DNA of 64,000 bases from assembly GCA_963920595.1 (NCBI GenBank), contig OY986950.1:2604001-2668000 (forward strand). Direction: 5' to 3'. The notes under the pieces were generated by a model. It saw only the letters and a list, made by a program, of their open reading frames with translations. It was not told the origin of the DNA and did not search any database. The translations under genes and the position numbers were made by a program. Positions 13,374 to 31,287 of the stretch are shown here, in pieces (the stretch's first letter is position 1; each line of letters opens with the position of its first letter). The DNA is from Eimeria praecox (lineage: Eukaryota).

Positions 13374-13473
13374 ATGGCCCGTACAGGTCCTCGGCTGTTA
13401 CTTGCTGCTGCTGCTGCTGCTGCTGCTGCGCTAGCGGCTCTGCTGCTGGAGGAGCAGCACCCGAGCGGTCTTC

Positions 13474-13504
<31 letters not shown>

Positions 13505-13654
13505 AGCAGCAACTAATGATGATGTAGTTGAACCAACAGAGGGTGTTTACGATCATGAAAGCCCCCAAAATATGGCAGAGACGCATCTAGAGGATAGTCA
13601 AGATCATTACGAACACGAGGAAGCAGACGCATCTATGCATGCTGTAGCAGACAC

Positions 13655-13693
<39 letters not shown>

Positions 13694-13962
13694 ACAGCAG
13701 CAGCAGCAGCAGCAACCGAGTGAGGCAATCTATTCCGATGACGAACATCATCAACAGTACTACGAAGACCATCACGAGCAACATGAACCCCACCAGCAGC
13801 AACAGCAGCAGCAGCACCAGCAGCAGCAGCAGCAGCAGCAGGTATATCCTTCAGAAGATAATCTTCATGAGCCCGAAGATACAGACGATCATTACTACAT
13901 GCAAGAGGAGCAGCACGACATGACACGGGAGCAGCAGCACGAGCAGCAGCAGCAGCAGCAGC

Positions 13963-13997
<35 letters not shown>

Positions 13998-14297
13998 ATG
14001 CATGAAGAGGATGAGGAAGACATGTATGATATGCCAACACACTTTAATGAAGTACAGCAGCAAGAAGGAATAAGACAGCAGCAGCAGCAGCATCACGAAG
14101 AGGAGGGGCCTCATGAACAGGATGAAGATAGAGCAGCAGCAGCAGATAATATATACGGACAGCAGGACCCTGACAACAAACCAGAGCAGCAGCAGCAGCA
14201 GCAGCAGCATACACCCTCAGACACTGCTACAGGAGAGCGAGAAGGCGAGCAGCAGCAGCAGCAGCAGCACCCAGAGGAAGCAGCAGCATCAACCCCT

Positions 14298-14336
<39 letters not shown>

Positions 14337-14540
14337 GATTCGATGGAAGAGGACGAAACAACCCCTGCAGCAACAACAGCAGCAGCAGCAGCAGCTCCTG
14401 CAGCAGCAGCAGCAACAACAGCAACAGCAACAGCAACAGAAGCAGCAACATCAACTGACAGAGAAGAAGAAGCTGCATCTCATGACTCTGAAAGCCATCA
14501 CCTCGATGACACCGAGCAGCATCAAGAAGAGCAGCAAGAA

Positions 14541-14575
<35 letters not shown>

Positions 14576-15036
14576 GCAGCATGAGGAAGCAGCAGCAGCA
14601 GACCCTAGACACGGTAGCTGTACTGTGGAAGAGCTCTCAGCTCTAACAAAGCATTTTTCGGATGCTGCAGCCTGTCCTGCTTTCGGGTGTATAGACAGAG
14701 AGAGTAGTAGATATTTAGATTTAATAGAAAGGCATTATAAAGATAAATATAATACAACAGAAGCAACATCAATTGCCGGGGTGTTTGCTGCTTGTTTATG
14801 TCGCTGTCCTATCATGGCATGTGAGATAGATTATATTAAATTGCATGCAAGTAGTAAATGTAAACAAGCAACGAAACAGTTTTGTTTAGATTCAAATATT
14901 AAATTTAATAATAAATGTTTCAATATTGCAAAGTTATTCCCTAAAATTTATGATATTGAAGCAGATCCACATGCATTCAAGACACCTTGTGCTGTATGCG
15001 AGTTAGTACTACTATTCGGATTGATGATGTTGCTGC

Positions 15037-15068
<32 letters not shown>

Positions 15069-15381
15069 CTGTTGCTGCTGCTGTTGCTGCTGATGCTGCT
15101 GTTGTTGTTGCTGCTGTTGCTGATGCTGATGCTGCTGCTGTTGTTGCTGTTACTGCTGATGCTGCTGTTGTTGTTGCTGTTGTTGTTGCTGTTGTTGTTG
15201 CTGTTGTTGTTGCTGCTGATGCTGATGATGGTGGTGGTGGTGCTGCTGCTGCTGCTTGTGTTGCTGCTGATGCTGCTGCTGCTGCTGCTGATGATGATGA
15301 TGATGTTTGGTATACTTATGTTGATGCTGTTCTTGCTGTTGGTGCTTGTGCTGCTGTTGTTCCTGCTGTTGTTGCTGCTGC

Positions 15382-15422
<41 letters not shown>

Positions 15423-15724
15423 CTGCTGTTGCTGCTGCTGCTGTTGCTGCTGCTGTTCGCTTCTGCCCCGCTGTTGCTCGTGCTAGTATTAAATCTGTTG
15501 TAATTGTTTTTATTTATTTATTTATTTATTTATTTTGTTTTTATTTATTTTGTTTTTATTTATACAGAGAGGGTCTGACAGATGAGGAGGTTGCTGCAGC
15601 AGAAGCTGCAGTAGAAGCTGCAGCAGAAGCAGCAGCAGCAGAAGGCAGCAGCAGCTCGTCAGCAGCAGCAACTCCTCTTCTTTCTGTCCTTTGTCTCGCT
15701 GCAGCTGTGGCAATGCTTATCTAA
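13374..15724 (+). CDS. Predicted GPI-anchored surface protein: signal peptide, long acidic Q/E/H/D region, 12-Cys domain; exons 13374-15001, 15568-15724
   Basis: Hydrophobic N-terminus [25 protein letters not shown]. Cys-rich domain at about 14618-15001. The phase-2 GTTAGT...TACAG intron joins to EGLTDEE...GSSSSSAAATPLLSVLCLAAAVAMLI*, a small-residue site followed by a hydrophobic tail. Confidence 0.75.
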
Positions 15725-15903
15725 CCAGACAAACAGCAGCAGCAGCAGCAGCAGCAGCATAAGCAGCAGCAGCAGCAGCAAATGCAGCAGCAGCAGCAGC
15801 AGCACAAGCAGCAGCAGCAGCAGCAGCAGCACAAGCAGCAGCAGCAGCAGCAGCAGCACAAGTTGAGGGAGTAGTAGAAGCAAAAAGAGAAGACAAATAA
15901 AAC

Positions 15904-16655
15904 TGCATGCATACACCCCAAATGCATGCATGCATGCATGCATGCAGCAGCAGCAGCAGCAGAAACACAGAACTAGATAATATTAATTAATCTTAAAATT
16001 TGTGAATATAAACAAATCTGTCGATATGTGCATATCTATGCCTTTGCATGCAATACAAATGCATGCATGCAATACAAGACAATGCATGCATGCATGCATG
16101 CATGCATCTATGCATGCATCTAACCCTACACACATACTTAAATACATGCATGTCATACAAATGCATGCATGCATGTATGACATGCATGCATGCATGCATG
16201 TATTTGTATTGCATGCATGCATGCATTTGTATGACATGCATGCATGTATTTGTATGACATGCATGCATTTGTATGACATGCATGCATGCATGCATGCATG
16301 CATGCATGCATGTAATACACTTGTTAGTGTTGCATAACTGAAGAAAAGCATGCATGTCATACAAATGCATGCATGCATGCATGCATGTCATACAAATGCA
16401 TGCATGTCATACAAATGCATGCATGCATGCAATACAAATACAAATACAAATACAAATACAAATACAAATATAAATATAAATATAAATATAAATATAAATA
16501 TAAATATAAATATAAATATAAATATAAATATAAATATAAATATAAATACAAATACAAATACAAATGCATGCATGCATGCATAAAGTGTTTGGTTATCATT
16601 GCTGCATTTTGCATGCAAATTTTGCATGCATGCATGCAAAGCGCATGCATGCAAA
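15904..16655. repeat. TGCATGCA (CATG)n array with an internal (AAATAT/AAATAC)n block
   Basis: Directly visible; TGCATGCA is a known abundant Eimeria repeat. Confidence 0.95.
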
Positions 16656-16717
16656 ACTTGTGAAGGCAGAAACAAAAATGCCAATATGTTTTCCTTTGAA
16701 TTATGAAAAAGGACCCT

Positions 16718-16828
<111 letters not shown>

Positions 16829-17021
16829 TAGCACGGGCTGTCCATCCATAACGTAGCTGAATTCTGTTGCATGCAGCAGCAGATGCTGCTATCTCAGCCC
16901 TCACATATTATATATTCTGCTTCTAGTTGATGTTATTAAACTAATTGTTTATTTAAATAAACAGCAACAACAGAAGCAGCAGCAGCAGCAGCAACAGCAA
17001 CAGCAGCAGCAGCAACAGCAA

Positions 17022-17058
<37 letters not shown>

Positions 17059-17199
17059 AGCAGCAGCAGCAGCAGCAGCACAAGTAGAACAAACCTCCTT
17101 CTATATCTTCACTATAATTATCTTTCTTTAAACTCACAAATCTATTTCTGTGTACTTTCTCCTTTTTCTATTTATGTCTATCATAAACATATATACAAG

Positions 17200-17286
<87 letters not shown>

Positions 17287-17506
17287 CATATATGCAAGAA
17301 ATGACTTAGTTGTGTGGGGATATAAACACAAACAAAAACAAAAAAATAATTTAAAATAAACACAAAACATCTTCTCATATTAAGCTAAATGCAAATGCAT
17401 GCAGCTGCAGCAGAAAGCAGCAGCAATTTGAGTTTATGTAGAATATCTATTTATCGTTTTGTTAAGAATATATACATATATATATATATATGTATATATA
17501 TATGTA

Positions 17507-17574
<68 letters not shown>

Positions 17575-18473
17575 CAACTATATATACAACACCAGACAAA
17601 AGGAACAGAAACACACAGTTTATGTTGTTTGTTGCTCATAGGACGAATTCTACAAGAATTTCGTATTAAATATACTAAATAATTTTATTTTAATTTTATT
17701 TAAATTGAAGTTGTACTGAAAAGTGTTTAACATAAGAAACATTGAATGAAGTCATAACCCTAAAGAGTGGATATATGGATATAGCTACAGGGAGCGGTGT
17801 ATGTAGAGCGAAATAAAAGACAAAATTTAATTGTTAAAGATATTTTTAATTGTTTAATGTGTAAATATATATATAAAAATATATTTTTTATGATATATTC
17901 TTTCACACATTTTCCTTCTAAGCTGTTATACACATATCGATACTAAGGGTTGGATGCAGGCAGCCCCCTCTCAAGTACATTTGATGACATTCTTTGAATG
18001 TTTTTGATATATTTCTTTGTTTTAAATGATTATTTATGTTTTAAACAATAAAAATAACTCAAAAAAGCTATTTTCTGCAAGGATTCTACCTGCGGAAGCT
18101 GCATGTACACCTGGCAGAAGAAGTTGAACTCCGGGTGGCAGAGCGGCGGAAGCTGTACATTTATATTTTTCTGAATAACTTCATAAAATATTCAAATTTA
18201 TGTAAAATAATATAATTAAATGTTTATATTTTGCATTATTATTCTTTTTCTCTTGAATTAATTGGCGTTTATCCCATTGAAAGCTCCGGTTCATAACGCT
18301 TTCGCTTCTGTAGACCGTGACGGTGGTGTACAGCATTCCATTTTGATTTTGTTGTATATTTTGTATATATTTGTGTGTATTATTGTGTGTGTTTGTGTTT
18401 TTTTCTACTATTTTTGTCAAATATATCAATATTATTAGATTAAAGGAGTAATATTTTTCTATAATTTGTGAGG

Positions 18474-19448
18474 ATGGAAGCAAAGAAAGACTCTATTCGC
18501 CTTTCAACATATGATGAACTGTTCAGTACTCCTCCTCCCAAACAACCGAAATCATGTTTAAAAAAGTTTAAAAGTTTTAAACGTCGTTCTGTTCAATTAG
18601 GTAAAGGAGCAGAATTATTTGCAGTATTACAAAAACAAAGAGTTGTAATCGATGAGAAGGCAATACACTTTGTAGCCGAAGCCCGTAGCGGTAAGAGAGC
18701 AGATGCGAGGAACTCTGTATTTAAACTAGCACAAAAATATCAAATCTTACCTGATAGGGAACATGTACAAAGAATAAAACAATTATATGGAAGAGTTAGA
18801 GAAAACGAAGACTCAGGCGATGAAGGATGGGATAGTAGTTGTTCGAATCTACCAGGAAAGCTTGATAGACAGATATTTTTACAACTTGTACGCAAAGAAG
18901 ATAAACAAAATCATGAACAATTATTAAATGAAATGCAAGAAATTAATCAAGAAACAGCAAATATATCACAAGATGTATGTACACCAGAAAAAATTGATGA
19001 TGATGCTGCTTTACATGAATTAGAAATGATTATACAACAAAAAGAAGATAATAATAATAATAATAATTTAAATACAGAGAGAGAAGATAATACAAATGAT
19101 AATATACAAAAAAAAGATAATAATGAGAAAGGTGATTCCAGCGAAGAAGACAGCAGCGATGTTGAGTTCGATGAAGAAGATATGAATAGTACGTTTGTAT
19201 GTATTTATTTTGTTTAGTTTTTTTATTTATTTTATTTATTTTATTTATTTTATTTGTTTTATTTATTTTATTTATTGTGTTTATCCATCTGTTTGTTATT
19301 TGTTTTATTTATTTACTATATAGTTAGTTTGTTCTGCTGTTTTTTCATTTTTTTATTATTTGTTTATTTAATCTATTAATTTACTAGTTTTTTATTTATC
19401 TACTTATTTATTTATTTATTTATTTTATTTAGTTATTTTTTTATTTAC

Positions 19449-19486
<38 letters not shown>

Positions 19487-19701
19487 TTAGTTATTATCTC
19501 ATTATATTAATCTAATATTATTATATTAAGCATTTTATTTTTTATTACTTACTTTGACTTCTGTCGACATAGACTGCTAATATAAACGTTATCTAAATGT
19601 ATTTAAAATAAATAAATAAATAAATAAATAAATAAATATTTTGTTTTATTGATGCTTTCCCGTGTTGTTGAGTCTCCCGAATAATAGACAAAAACTCCTG
19701 C

Positions 19702-19768
<67 letters not shown>

Positions 19769-21743
19769 GCATATATCGGTACAGATGCAAGTAGATAAAT
19801 TAAATGCATAAAGAAATATAAACGTATATATATATATATATTATTTGAATGTATTTAGAATAAATAAATACATGAATAATATTTTATTGTACTTGTCATG
19901 TTTTCTACTTTTTCTTCTTTGTACTTGTTTGCATCCTCCAATTTTATTTATTTGTTATTCTTTTGTTTATTACTCTTTCCTTTTGTTTATTTTATTTTAT
20001 TTTATTTTATTTTATTTTATTTTATTTTGTTTGTTTTGTTTTATCTTTAGCCTTGAATTCTCTCCAAAGAGAGTTTGTGGGGAATAATTTATATAATTGG
20101 TTTAAGGATATACAGAAGGCGTATGAGAGTGGCGTTAAACTAGTTAAAGTAAATCGTATGGGTTTGAAGTTTATAAGAATCGTTACTATTAAAGATATGG
20201 TAAGTGTTTGTATTAAAAATAAAAATATAATTAATTTATTTAATTAATTAATTTATTTATTTATTTATTTGTTTGTACTTATAAAGTATTTCGTAGCTGT
20301 ACATGTTAAAATTAAATTAAAATTCAAATGTTTGATCTAAAATTAAAAAAATATATTTACAGATATTAAACATAAATATACAAGCGTAGTAGCAATAATA
20401 ATATTATTATTATAGTATAATAATAATAATAATATGATGTTAATAGTAGTATTAATAGTAATAATAGTAATAATAGCAATGTTAATAGTAGTAATAATAG
20501 TAATGGTAGTAGCCATAATAATAGTAATACAATGATAATAATGATAGTAATATTAATAGTAGTAATAAGAATAGTAATAACAATTACTATTACTATTCTT
20601 ATTACTACTATTAATATTATTATTGTTATAGTGATAATAATAGCAAAAATAATAATAATAACAATAATAATAGCAGTAGTAATAATAACAATAGTAGTAA
20701 TAGTAATAATAGTAATAATAGTAATAATAGCAATAGTAATAATAATAGTATTAATAGTAATAATAATGATAACAGTAATAGTAACAATAGTAATAATAAC
20801 AATAATAATAGTAATAATAGTAATAATAACAATAATAGTAATAATAGTAATAATAAAAATAATAGTAATAATAGTAGTGATAATAATAATAGTAGTAGTA
20901 ATAATGGTAATAATAACAATAATAAGAATAGTTATTATAATTATTATTATTATTGTCATTATTATTATTGTACTAATAATAATAATAATAGTAACAGCGT
21001 GATATACTAATAATAATACAAGAATATGAAGTATAATACAATAAGAATAATAGTAATAAAAATAATTATAATAAATAATAGAAACACAGCAATACAATAA
21101 TATAAATTAAAATATAATAATATAGATAAATATAATTATAATTATAATTATAATTATAATTATAATTATAATTATAATTATAATTATAATTATAATTATA
21201 ATTATAATTATAATTGTTAGTTAGTTTAATAGAAAGATAATGCAGGTCAAGTCTAATCTGTCTCTTAACTTTGTAAGACGCCTCACATATATTATACTAT
21301 TAATACAATTTAAAATAAATATAATAATAATTAATAATAACTAATAATAAATTAATAATAAATAAGTAATAATAATAAATAAATAATAATAAATAAAAAT
21401 AATAATAATAAATTAATAATAATGCGCTACAGCGTTGAGGTGTACATGCATCTTTCGACAAGTATGTTGTTTTTTTTTTTAATTTTTTAGTTATTTATTT
21501 ATTTTAATTATTATTTAAATATATGAATATATTTGTTTTTGAATTTTAAATATAAATAAAATTATGTTTGCTTCTTCAGATGTTAACAATAAATCAACCT
21601 CATATGCATTCTCAAGCAAAGGTAGATAGACAAGTGGCTGTACATACAATCGAATCGGTATTATTGGGGAAGGACTCCAAGGAGTTTAAAGCTTTAGAAC
21701 AACTTGTTGCAGACAAGAAAGAAGCAGAAGAGTTTAAGTACGC

Positions 21744-21810
<67 letters not shown>

Positions 21811-21911
21811 GTATGTATAATGTGTTCTCTTGTATTTTAGGTTTTAAGTTTTTCATTTTTTATTTGTTTGTTTGTTTGTATTTTATATATCTTGCTTTTT
21901 AGTTTTTGTTT

Positions 21912-22002
<91 letters not shown>

Positions 22003-22573
22003 TATAGATATATAACTACTATTTTTTCTATATTTAATTATTTTCTTGTTTATGTTTAGTTATTATTTTGTTTATACTTAATTATGTTTTGTTTATATTT
22101 AACTTCTCTATTGTTAATTCTACTTAATATTTGTTAATAATACATATACGAATTAGTAATACAGCATATATTAATAATATAAAATAATAAATTAATAATA
22201 TAAAATAACAAAATAATAATATAAAATAAGAAAATAAAATAAGAAAATAAGAAAATAAGAAAATAATAATACAAAATGAATTAATAATATAAAATAATAA
22301 ACTACTAATATAGAATAAAGTACTAAAATAATAGAATATAATAATAAAATAAAATATAAAAATAAAATAAAATAAAATAATAAAATAATAAAATAATATT
22401 TTTTGTGTGTCTTCTCAGCCCTAAAGGGACAGTGTGTTGTGTTCTTAGACTTCCTCGCAACCGAAGTCTGTCTCTTATATTTTTGTAAGATTTATTTATT
22501 CTTATATATTTATTTATTTAATTAATTATTTATTATTTAATTGTTATTTAATTATTTAATTATTAGTTGATTA

Positions 22574-22607
<34 letters not shown>

Positions 22608-22673
22608 CAACTTTGTCTCTACCTCTGTCTCTCTCTTTCTATCTCTTTCTATCTCTTTCTGTCTTTCTCTCTC

Positions 22674-22765
<92 letters not shown>

Positions 22766-22914
22766 GTCTGTTTGTCTCTGTCTTTATCTGTCTATTTATT
22801 TTATTACATGTCTGTTGGTCTCTCTCTTTATCTGTCTGTCTCTTTGTTGTTTATCTCTGTCTGTCTCTATCTATCTCTCTTTGTTTTTCTTCATTCTATC
22901 TCTGTTTTATCTAT

Positions 22915-22977
<63 letters not shown>

Positions 22978-23071
22978 TTGTTGTCTCTTCGTTTCTCTCT
23001 TCCGCTGTTCCTCTTGTGCTGCTGCTTGTGTTGCTGTTGCTGCTGCTGCTGCTGCTGTTCGTGCTGCTGCC

Positions 23072-23102
<31 letters not shown>

Positions 23103-23402
23103 TTGCTGTTGCTGTTGGTGCTGCTGCTGCTGTTGCTTCATATAATAAAATCGTATAATAATATATATAATATATAATATTATAGATAAAACTATATATT
23201 TATATATGTCTATATATTAAGATATGAATATAATAATAATATAATATTTATCTAACTAGATATAAATATAAATATAAATTGTTTAATTGTTTTTGTTTGT
23301 AGAGACGAAGATAACAGAAATGGTTTTGTTTTTTTTCTTAGAGTTTTAATTAAGAAGGCCCTCACAGCAGTTAAACAGATGCAAGAACAAATTAATAATT
23401 AA
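18474..23402 (+). CDS. Protein with a C-terminal PH-like domain; exons 18474-19188, 20051-20199, 21580-21737, 22419-22484, 23303-23402
   Basis: Four phase-consistent GT-AG introns. The spliced C-terminus GVKLVKVNRMGLKFIRIVTIKDMMLTI...IESVLLGKDSKEF...CCVLRLPRNRSLSLIFLDEDNRNGFVFFLRVLIKK fits a beta-sandwich plus C-terminal helix PH pattern. The N-terminal half is charged, with an acidic linker. Confidence 0.75.
20385..21215. repeat. Intronic (AAT/AGT)n and (TATAAT)n microsatellite
   Basis: Directly visible inside intron 2 of the PH-like gene. Confidence 0.9.
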
Positions 23403-23541
23403 TATTATATTATATTTATTAATTAATTAATTTAAATTAATTAAATTAATTTAATTAATTTAAATTAATTAATTTAAATTAATTAATTTGAGGGATTCAG
23501 GAAGGAAAAGGAGGGGAGGGATAGGGAGAGAGAGGAATTAG

Positions 23542-23589
<48 letters not shown>

Positions 23590-24571
23590 GACAGAGACAG
23601 AGACAGAGACAGAGACAGACAGAGACAGAGACAGAGAGAGACAGAGACAGAGACAGAGACAGACAGAGACAGAGACAGAGACAGAGAGAGACAGAGATAG
23701 AGGCAGAGAGACAGAGACAAAAAGACAGATAGATAGAGACAGACAGATCGATAGATAGAAACAAAGAGAGAGAGGTAGAGAGAGATGTAGGAGAGAGAGA
23801 GAGAGAGAGAGAGGAGATAGAGACAGAGAGAAAGAGAGATAGATAGAGATAGATAAAAAAAGAAAGAGATATGGCCTCGCCTCTCCTCCCTTCCTACTTC
23901 ATTTGTTATTAAAACATATCATCAACAAACACAACCCCACACTGTTGCTGCTGCTGCTGCTGTTGCTGCTGTTGCTGCTGCAGCAGCTGCTGCTGCTGTG
24001 GTGGTGATGCAGCTGCTGATGCTGCAGCGCAGGCGCAGCAGCAGCAGCAACAACAACAACAGCAGCAGCAGCAACAACAACAGCAGCAGTAGCAATCAGA
24101 TTAGCAGCGGCAGCTTAAGCATCCGCTGCCGCTGCTGCTGCTGCTGCTGCTGCTGCTGTAGCAGCAGCAGCAGCAGCAGCATATTTGGGGTGTACGTACA
24201 CCTCGTAGCCTGCTTTTCTTTATTCGCAGCGACGAAAAAACAAATTAAATTAATTTGTTGTTTATTTTTTTTGTTTTGTTAATTATATCTCACTCACTAT
24301 TCATTATTATTTATTTATCTATTTATTTATTTATCTATTTATTTGTTTATTTATTATTATTTATTTATTTATTGTTGTTTCTTTCTTTAAATCTTTTTTT
24401 GATTTTGCTGTTGTTATTTTTTCTTCGTCTGTCTTCGTCTGTTTTCATTTTTTGTTTTTATTTAATTTTTTTTAATTTATTTTTATTTAGTTATTTATTT
24501 TTAGTTATTTTTATTTATTTTTTGTTTTTGTTTATTTTTGTTTGTACAAATATGTACAGCTTAACTTTTGC

Positions 24572-24604
<33 letters not shown>

Positions 24605-24803
24605 AGCAGTTGCTGCCGCTGCTGTTGCTGCTCTTAATATATATTATAGAATAGATAAAATATACAATATGTCTACGCATATAAAGTATAAACAATATAG
24701 TATATATATTATATAGTGTATATATATATATATATAAAATAAATATATATTTTTATATTTCGTATATAATGTTAGTATAGTACATGTATATCATACACAT
24801 ATA

Positions 24804-24915
24804 AATCCTAAACCCTAAACCCTAAACCCTAAACCCTAAACCCTAAACCCTAAACCCTAAACCCTAAACCCTAAGCCCTAAACCCTAAGCCCTAAACCCT
24901 AAACCCTAAACCCTA
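24804..24915 (+). repeat. Interstitial telomere-like (AAACCCT)n array
   Basis: Direct heptamer run. Similar arrays occur near 25560-25636, 33057-33270, 33890-33943, 36644-36720, 45218-45245, 47268-47310, 47494-47705, 49399-49490, 52914-52954, 56583-56845 and 59788-59840. Confidence 0.95.
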
Positions 24916-25182
24916 GAGAATGTGAAGCAACGAGACTAAGCAGAGACACAAATAGTTTAAAGAGGAGAATGACAGAAAATAAAATAAAAATATTAAACAA
25001 CAAATACAACAAAAACACAAAATAAGAAAGAGAGGAAAAGATAAAGATAAAGATAGCAGCAGCAGCACACCCTCTCTCCCTCTCTGTTTGTTTGTTTATT
25101 TGTTTTGTTTATTATTTTATTATTTAGTATTTTATTATTTAGTATTTTATTCTATTATTTTTAAATATAGTTATATCTTCCT

Positions 25183-25244
<62 letters not shown>

Positions 25245-25459
25245 TGTCTCTACGCCACACAAAAGCCACAAAAATAACCGCAGCAGCAGCAGCTGCTGCT
25301 GCTGCTGCAGTTGTTGTTGCTGCTGCTACTGCAGTCATTGTTGCTGCTGCTGCTGCAATGGTTGTTGCTGCTGCTGCAGTGTCGTCAATCTCTGCAGCTT
25401 CAAAGCAACAAAAAACTGCTGCTGCAGCTCTTCTTGCTGCTGCTGCTGCTGCTAATGAT

Positions 25460-25498
<39 letters not shown>

Positions 25499-26303
25499 AA
25501 AGCTGCATTATCTGCTGTCAGCAAGAAGGAAGTGGCTTTCGATCCTAAAACCCTAAATCTCAAAACCCTAAACCCTCTAAACCCTCTAAACCCTAAACCC
25601 TAAACCCTAAACCCTAAACCCTAAACCCTAAACCCTCAAAGCCCTGCCGTAACGAGAACATCCCCCTTCGTTTTATTTTGTTTTCTTCTTCTTCTTTCTT
25701 CTCTCCCTCTCCTCCTCTCTCTTCTTCAATTATATTTTATATAAATAAATCTATCACTCTTATCCATACAATGAAGCTAAATCAAGTAATATCATATACT
25801 ACAATATAATTATAATTATAATTATAATATAATTATATTATGCTACACTATAATATATATATCTATATATCTATATAGATATATAGATATCTATATAGAT
25901 AGATAGATAGATATAGATATATAGGTATATAGATATATAGATATAGATAGATAGATAGATAGATAGATATATTATAATTTTAATTATACTTTCATAATAT
26001 AATTCTAATTCCAATATAATAATAATAATAATAATAATAAAATATATAAATATCCTTCTTACCCCAATATACCAAACTACCTACCTATATAAATATATAA
26101 ATATATAAATATATATCTATATAACTATATAAATATATAAATATATATCTATATAAATATATGAATATATATCTATATAACTATATACCTCTATAAATAC
26201 ATATTTGCATAACTATATAACAATATAAACATACTACAACCATATACCTACCTACGTAAATAACAAAATAAATAAATAAAACACAATCAATCTCCCTATT
26301 GTC

Positions 26304-29176
<2,873 letters not shown>

Positions 29177-29246
29177 TTATACGAAGCAAATAAACAAATA
29201 ATATAATTAATATAAAAGAATGATAGACAGAGAGTTGTATGAGCAG

Positions 29247-29314
<68 letters not shown>

Positions 29315-29660
29315 GCACATCTAGGGCTTCCTCTTTGTTATTTTTCAAGCAAATGTTTTAAATATATTTTTATTATTTTATTTTATTTTATTTTATTTTA
29401 TTTTATTTTTATTTTATTTTTATCTACAAACATCTTCATCTTCATCTTCCCTCACGTTTAGGAAACATCAAATATATATTTGGTTAGGGCAATTATTAAT
29501 TTAATTAATTAATTAATTAATTAATTAAATTAATTAATTAATTAATTTAATTAATTAATTGATTAATTTAATTAATTTAATTACATTAATATATTTATTC
29601 TTCTGTCTCAAACACTTCCTAACGACGCCGAGACACAGAGATCTGAACGACTGGCAGCAA

Positions 29661-29713
<53 letters not shown>

Positions 29714-29718
29714 GCAAA

Positions 29719-29788
<70 letters not shown>

Positions 29789-30072
29789 GCAAAAGCAGCA
29801 GCAGCAACAGCAGCAGCAGCAACAGCAGCAGCAGCAACAGCAACAGCAGCAGCAGCAACAGCAACAGCAGCAACAGCAGCAGCAACAGCAGCAACAGCAG
29901 CAGCAACAGCAGCAGCAACAGCACCACAACCCTGCCTCCAGCAGCAGCAACACCATCAACAACACCATCAAAACAACAACAACAACAACAACACCAACAA
30001 AACAACAACAACAGCAGCAACAGCAGCAACAGCAGCAGCAGCAACAGCAGCAGCAGCAACAGCAGCAGCAAG

Positions 30073-30825
30073 ATGGCAGCACGCAACCCCGGCCCTCAAT
30101 TAAACTCGATTCCTCTCGGTTTTCCTTCGTATAATAATAAAATAAAAAAAGATTTTTTTAGAAGATTGGGATTTAAACAAGAAGAAATAAATCAGAGAAT
30201 ATATAAACATGTTAGAGAGACATTAGGGGTTAAGGCGCATCTTTATTTATTTAATAAAGTAAATAATATAACTTTGTTTAGTTTATTTTAATTTGTTTTG
30301 TTTTGTTTTGTTTTGTTTTGTTTTATTGGGTTAAGGCGCATCTTTATCCATTTAATAAAGTAAATAACATATCTTTGTTTATTTTATTTTATTTTGTTTT
30401 GTTTTATTTTGTTTCATTTTGTGTTATCTTTATCTATTTAATAAAGTAAGAAACATATCGTATTTATTTTATTTTATTTTATTTTATTTTGTTTTATTTT
30501 ATTTTATTTTATTTTATTTTATTTTATTTTATTTTATTTTGTTTCATTTTGTGTTATCTTTATCTATTTAATAAAGTAAGAAACATATCTTGTTTATCTT
30601 ATTTTATTTATTTTATTTAATTTAATTTAATTTTATTTTATTTTGTCTTATTTTTAATTTTATTTAATTTTATTTACTTTTATTTAATTTTATTTAATTT
30701 TATTTCTTATTTTTTGTTTTGTTTTATTTTATTTTATTTTATTTTATTATGTTTTATATTATGCATTATATTATGTATTATGCATTATATTGTATTATAT
30801 ATTCTTATTAATTGCTGCTGCTGCT

Positions 30826-30856
<31 letters not shown>

Positions 30857-30863
30857 TTGCTGC

Positions 30864-30913
<50 letters not shown>

Positions 30914-31034
30914 TTGCTGCTGCTGCTGCCTCCCACTCTGCTTCTGTTTTCTTTTTTTTCTGTTTCTTTTATCTCTTGTGTCTTCTTCTCTTCTCCCTCC
31001 AAACTATTTACTACTACTACTACTACTACTACTA

Positions 31035-31095
<61 letters not shown>

Positions 31096-31252
31096 GAAGG
31101 TAGGGGAGTCTCAGATTCGTTTGCGGTGTATGATGAGCGGATACGGCCGAGGAAATTATAAATTTTCTCCTTTTAACAAAATGACGATGCAGCAACTAGC
31201 AAGAGAAGGTTGGCTTAGAAGATATGGATTTAAACCGTACTTGTTTAGGTAG
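30073..31252 (+). CDS. Mitochondrial ribosomal protein uS14-like; exons 30073-30258, 31100-31252
   Basis: The spliced ~112-aa basic protein ends SQIRLRCMMSGYGRGNYKFSPFNKMTMQQLAREGWLRRYGFKPYLFR, resembling the uS14 pattern RxRCxxxGxxRG...LAxxGxL. The phase-0 junction uses an AAG acceptor. Confidence 0.65.
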
Positions 31253-31253
31253 A

Positions 31254-31287
<34 letters not shown>

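Noticed and set aside
15002..15503. Poly-Leu/Met tail of ORF 13374-15503 as a multi-TM region (also 41666-42165 and 33997-34341)
   Set aside because: Intronic repeat read-through; phase-consistent splice sites bypass these tails.
15983..16663. MHAC-repeat ORFs
   Set aside because: Translations of the TGCATGCA array.
20366..21097. Poly-Ile ORFs
   Set aside because: Intronic (AAT)n microsatellite.
24804..24915. Chromosome end or telomere
   Set aside because: The arrays are short, occur in both orientations and are interspersed among genes.
25088..25640. Possible exon(s) among the CAG and heptamer repeats
   Set aside because: No convincing start, splice partner or recognisable protein in any frame.
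29559..30134. Poly-Gln ORF upstream of uS14m
   Set aside because: Non-ATG start and almost pure repeat; more likely 5' UTR or promoter.
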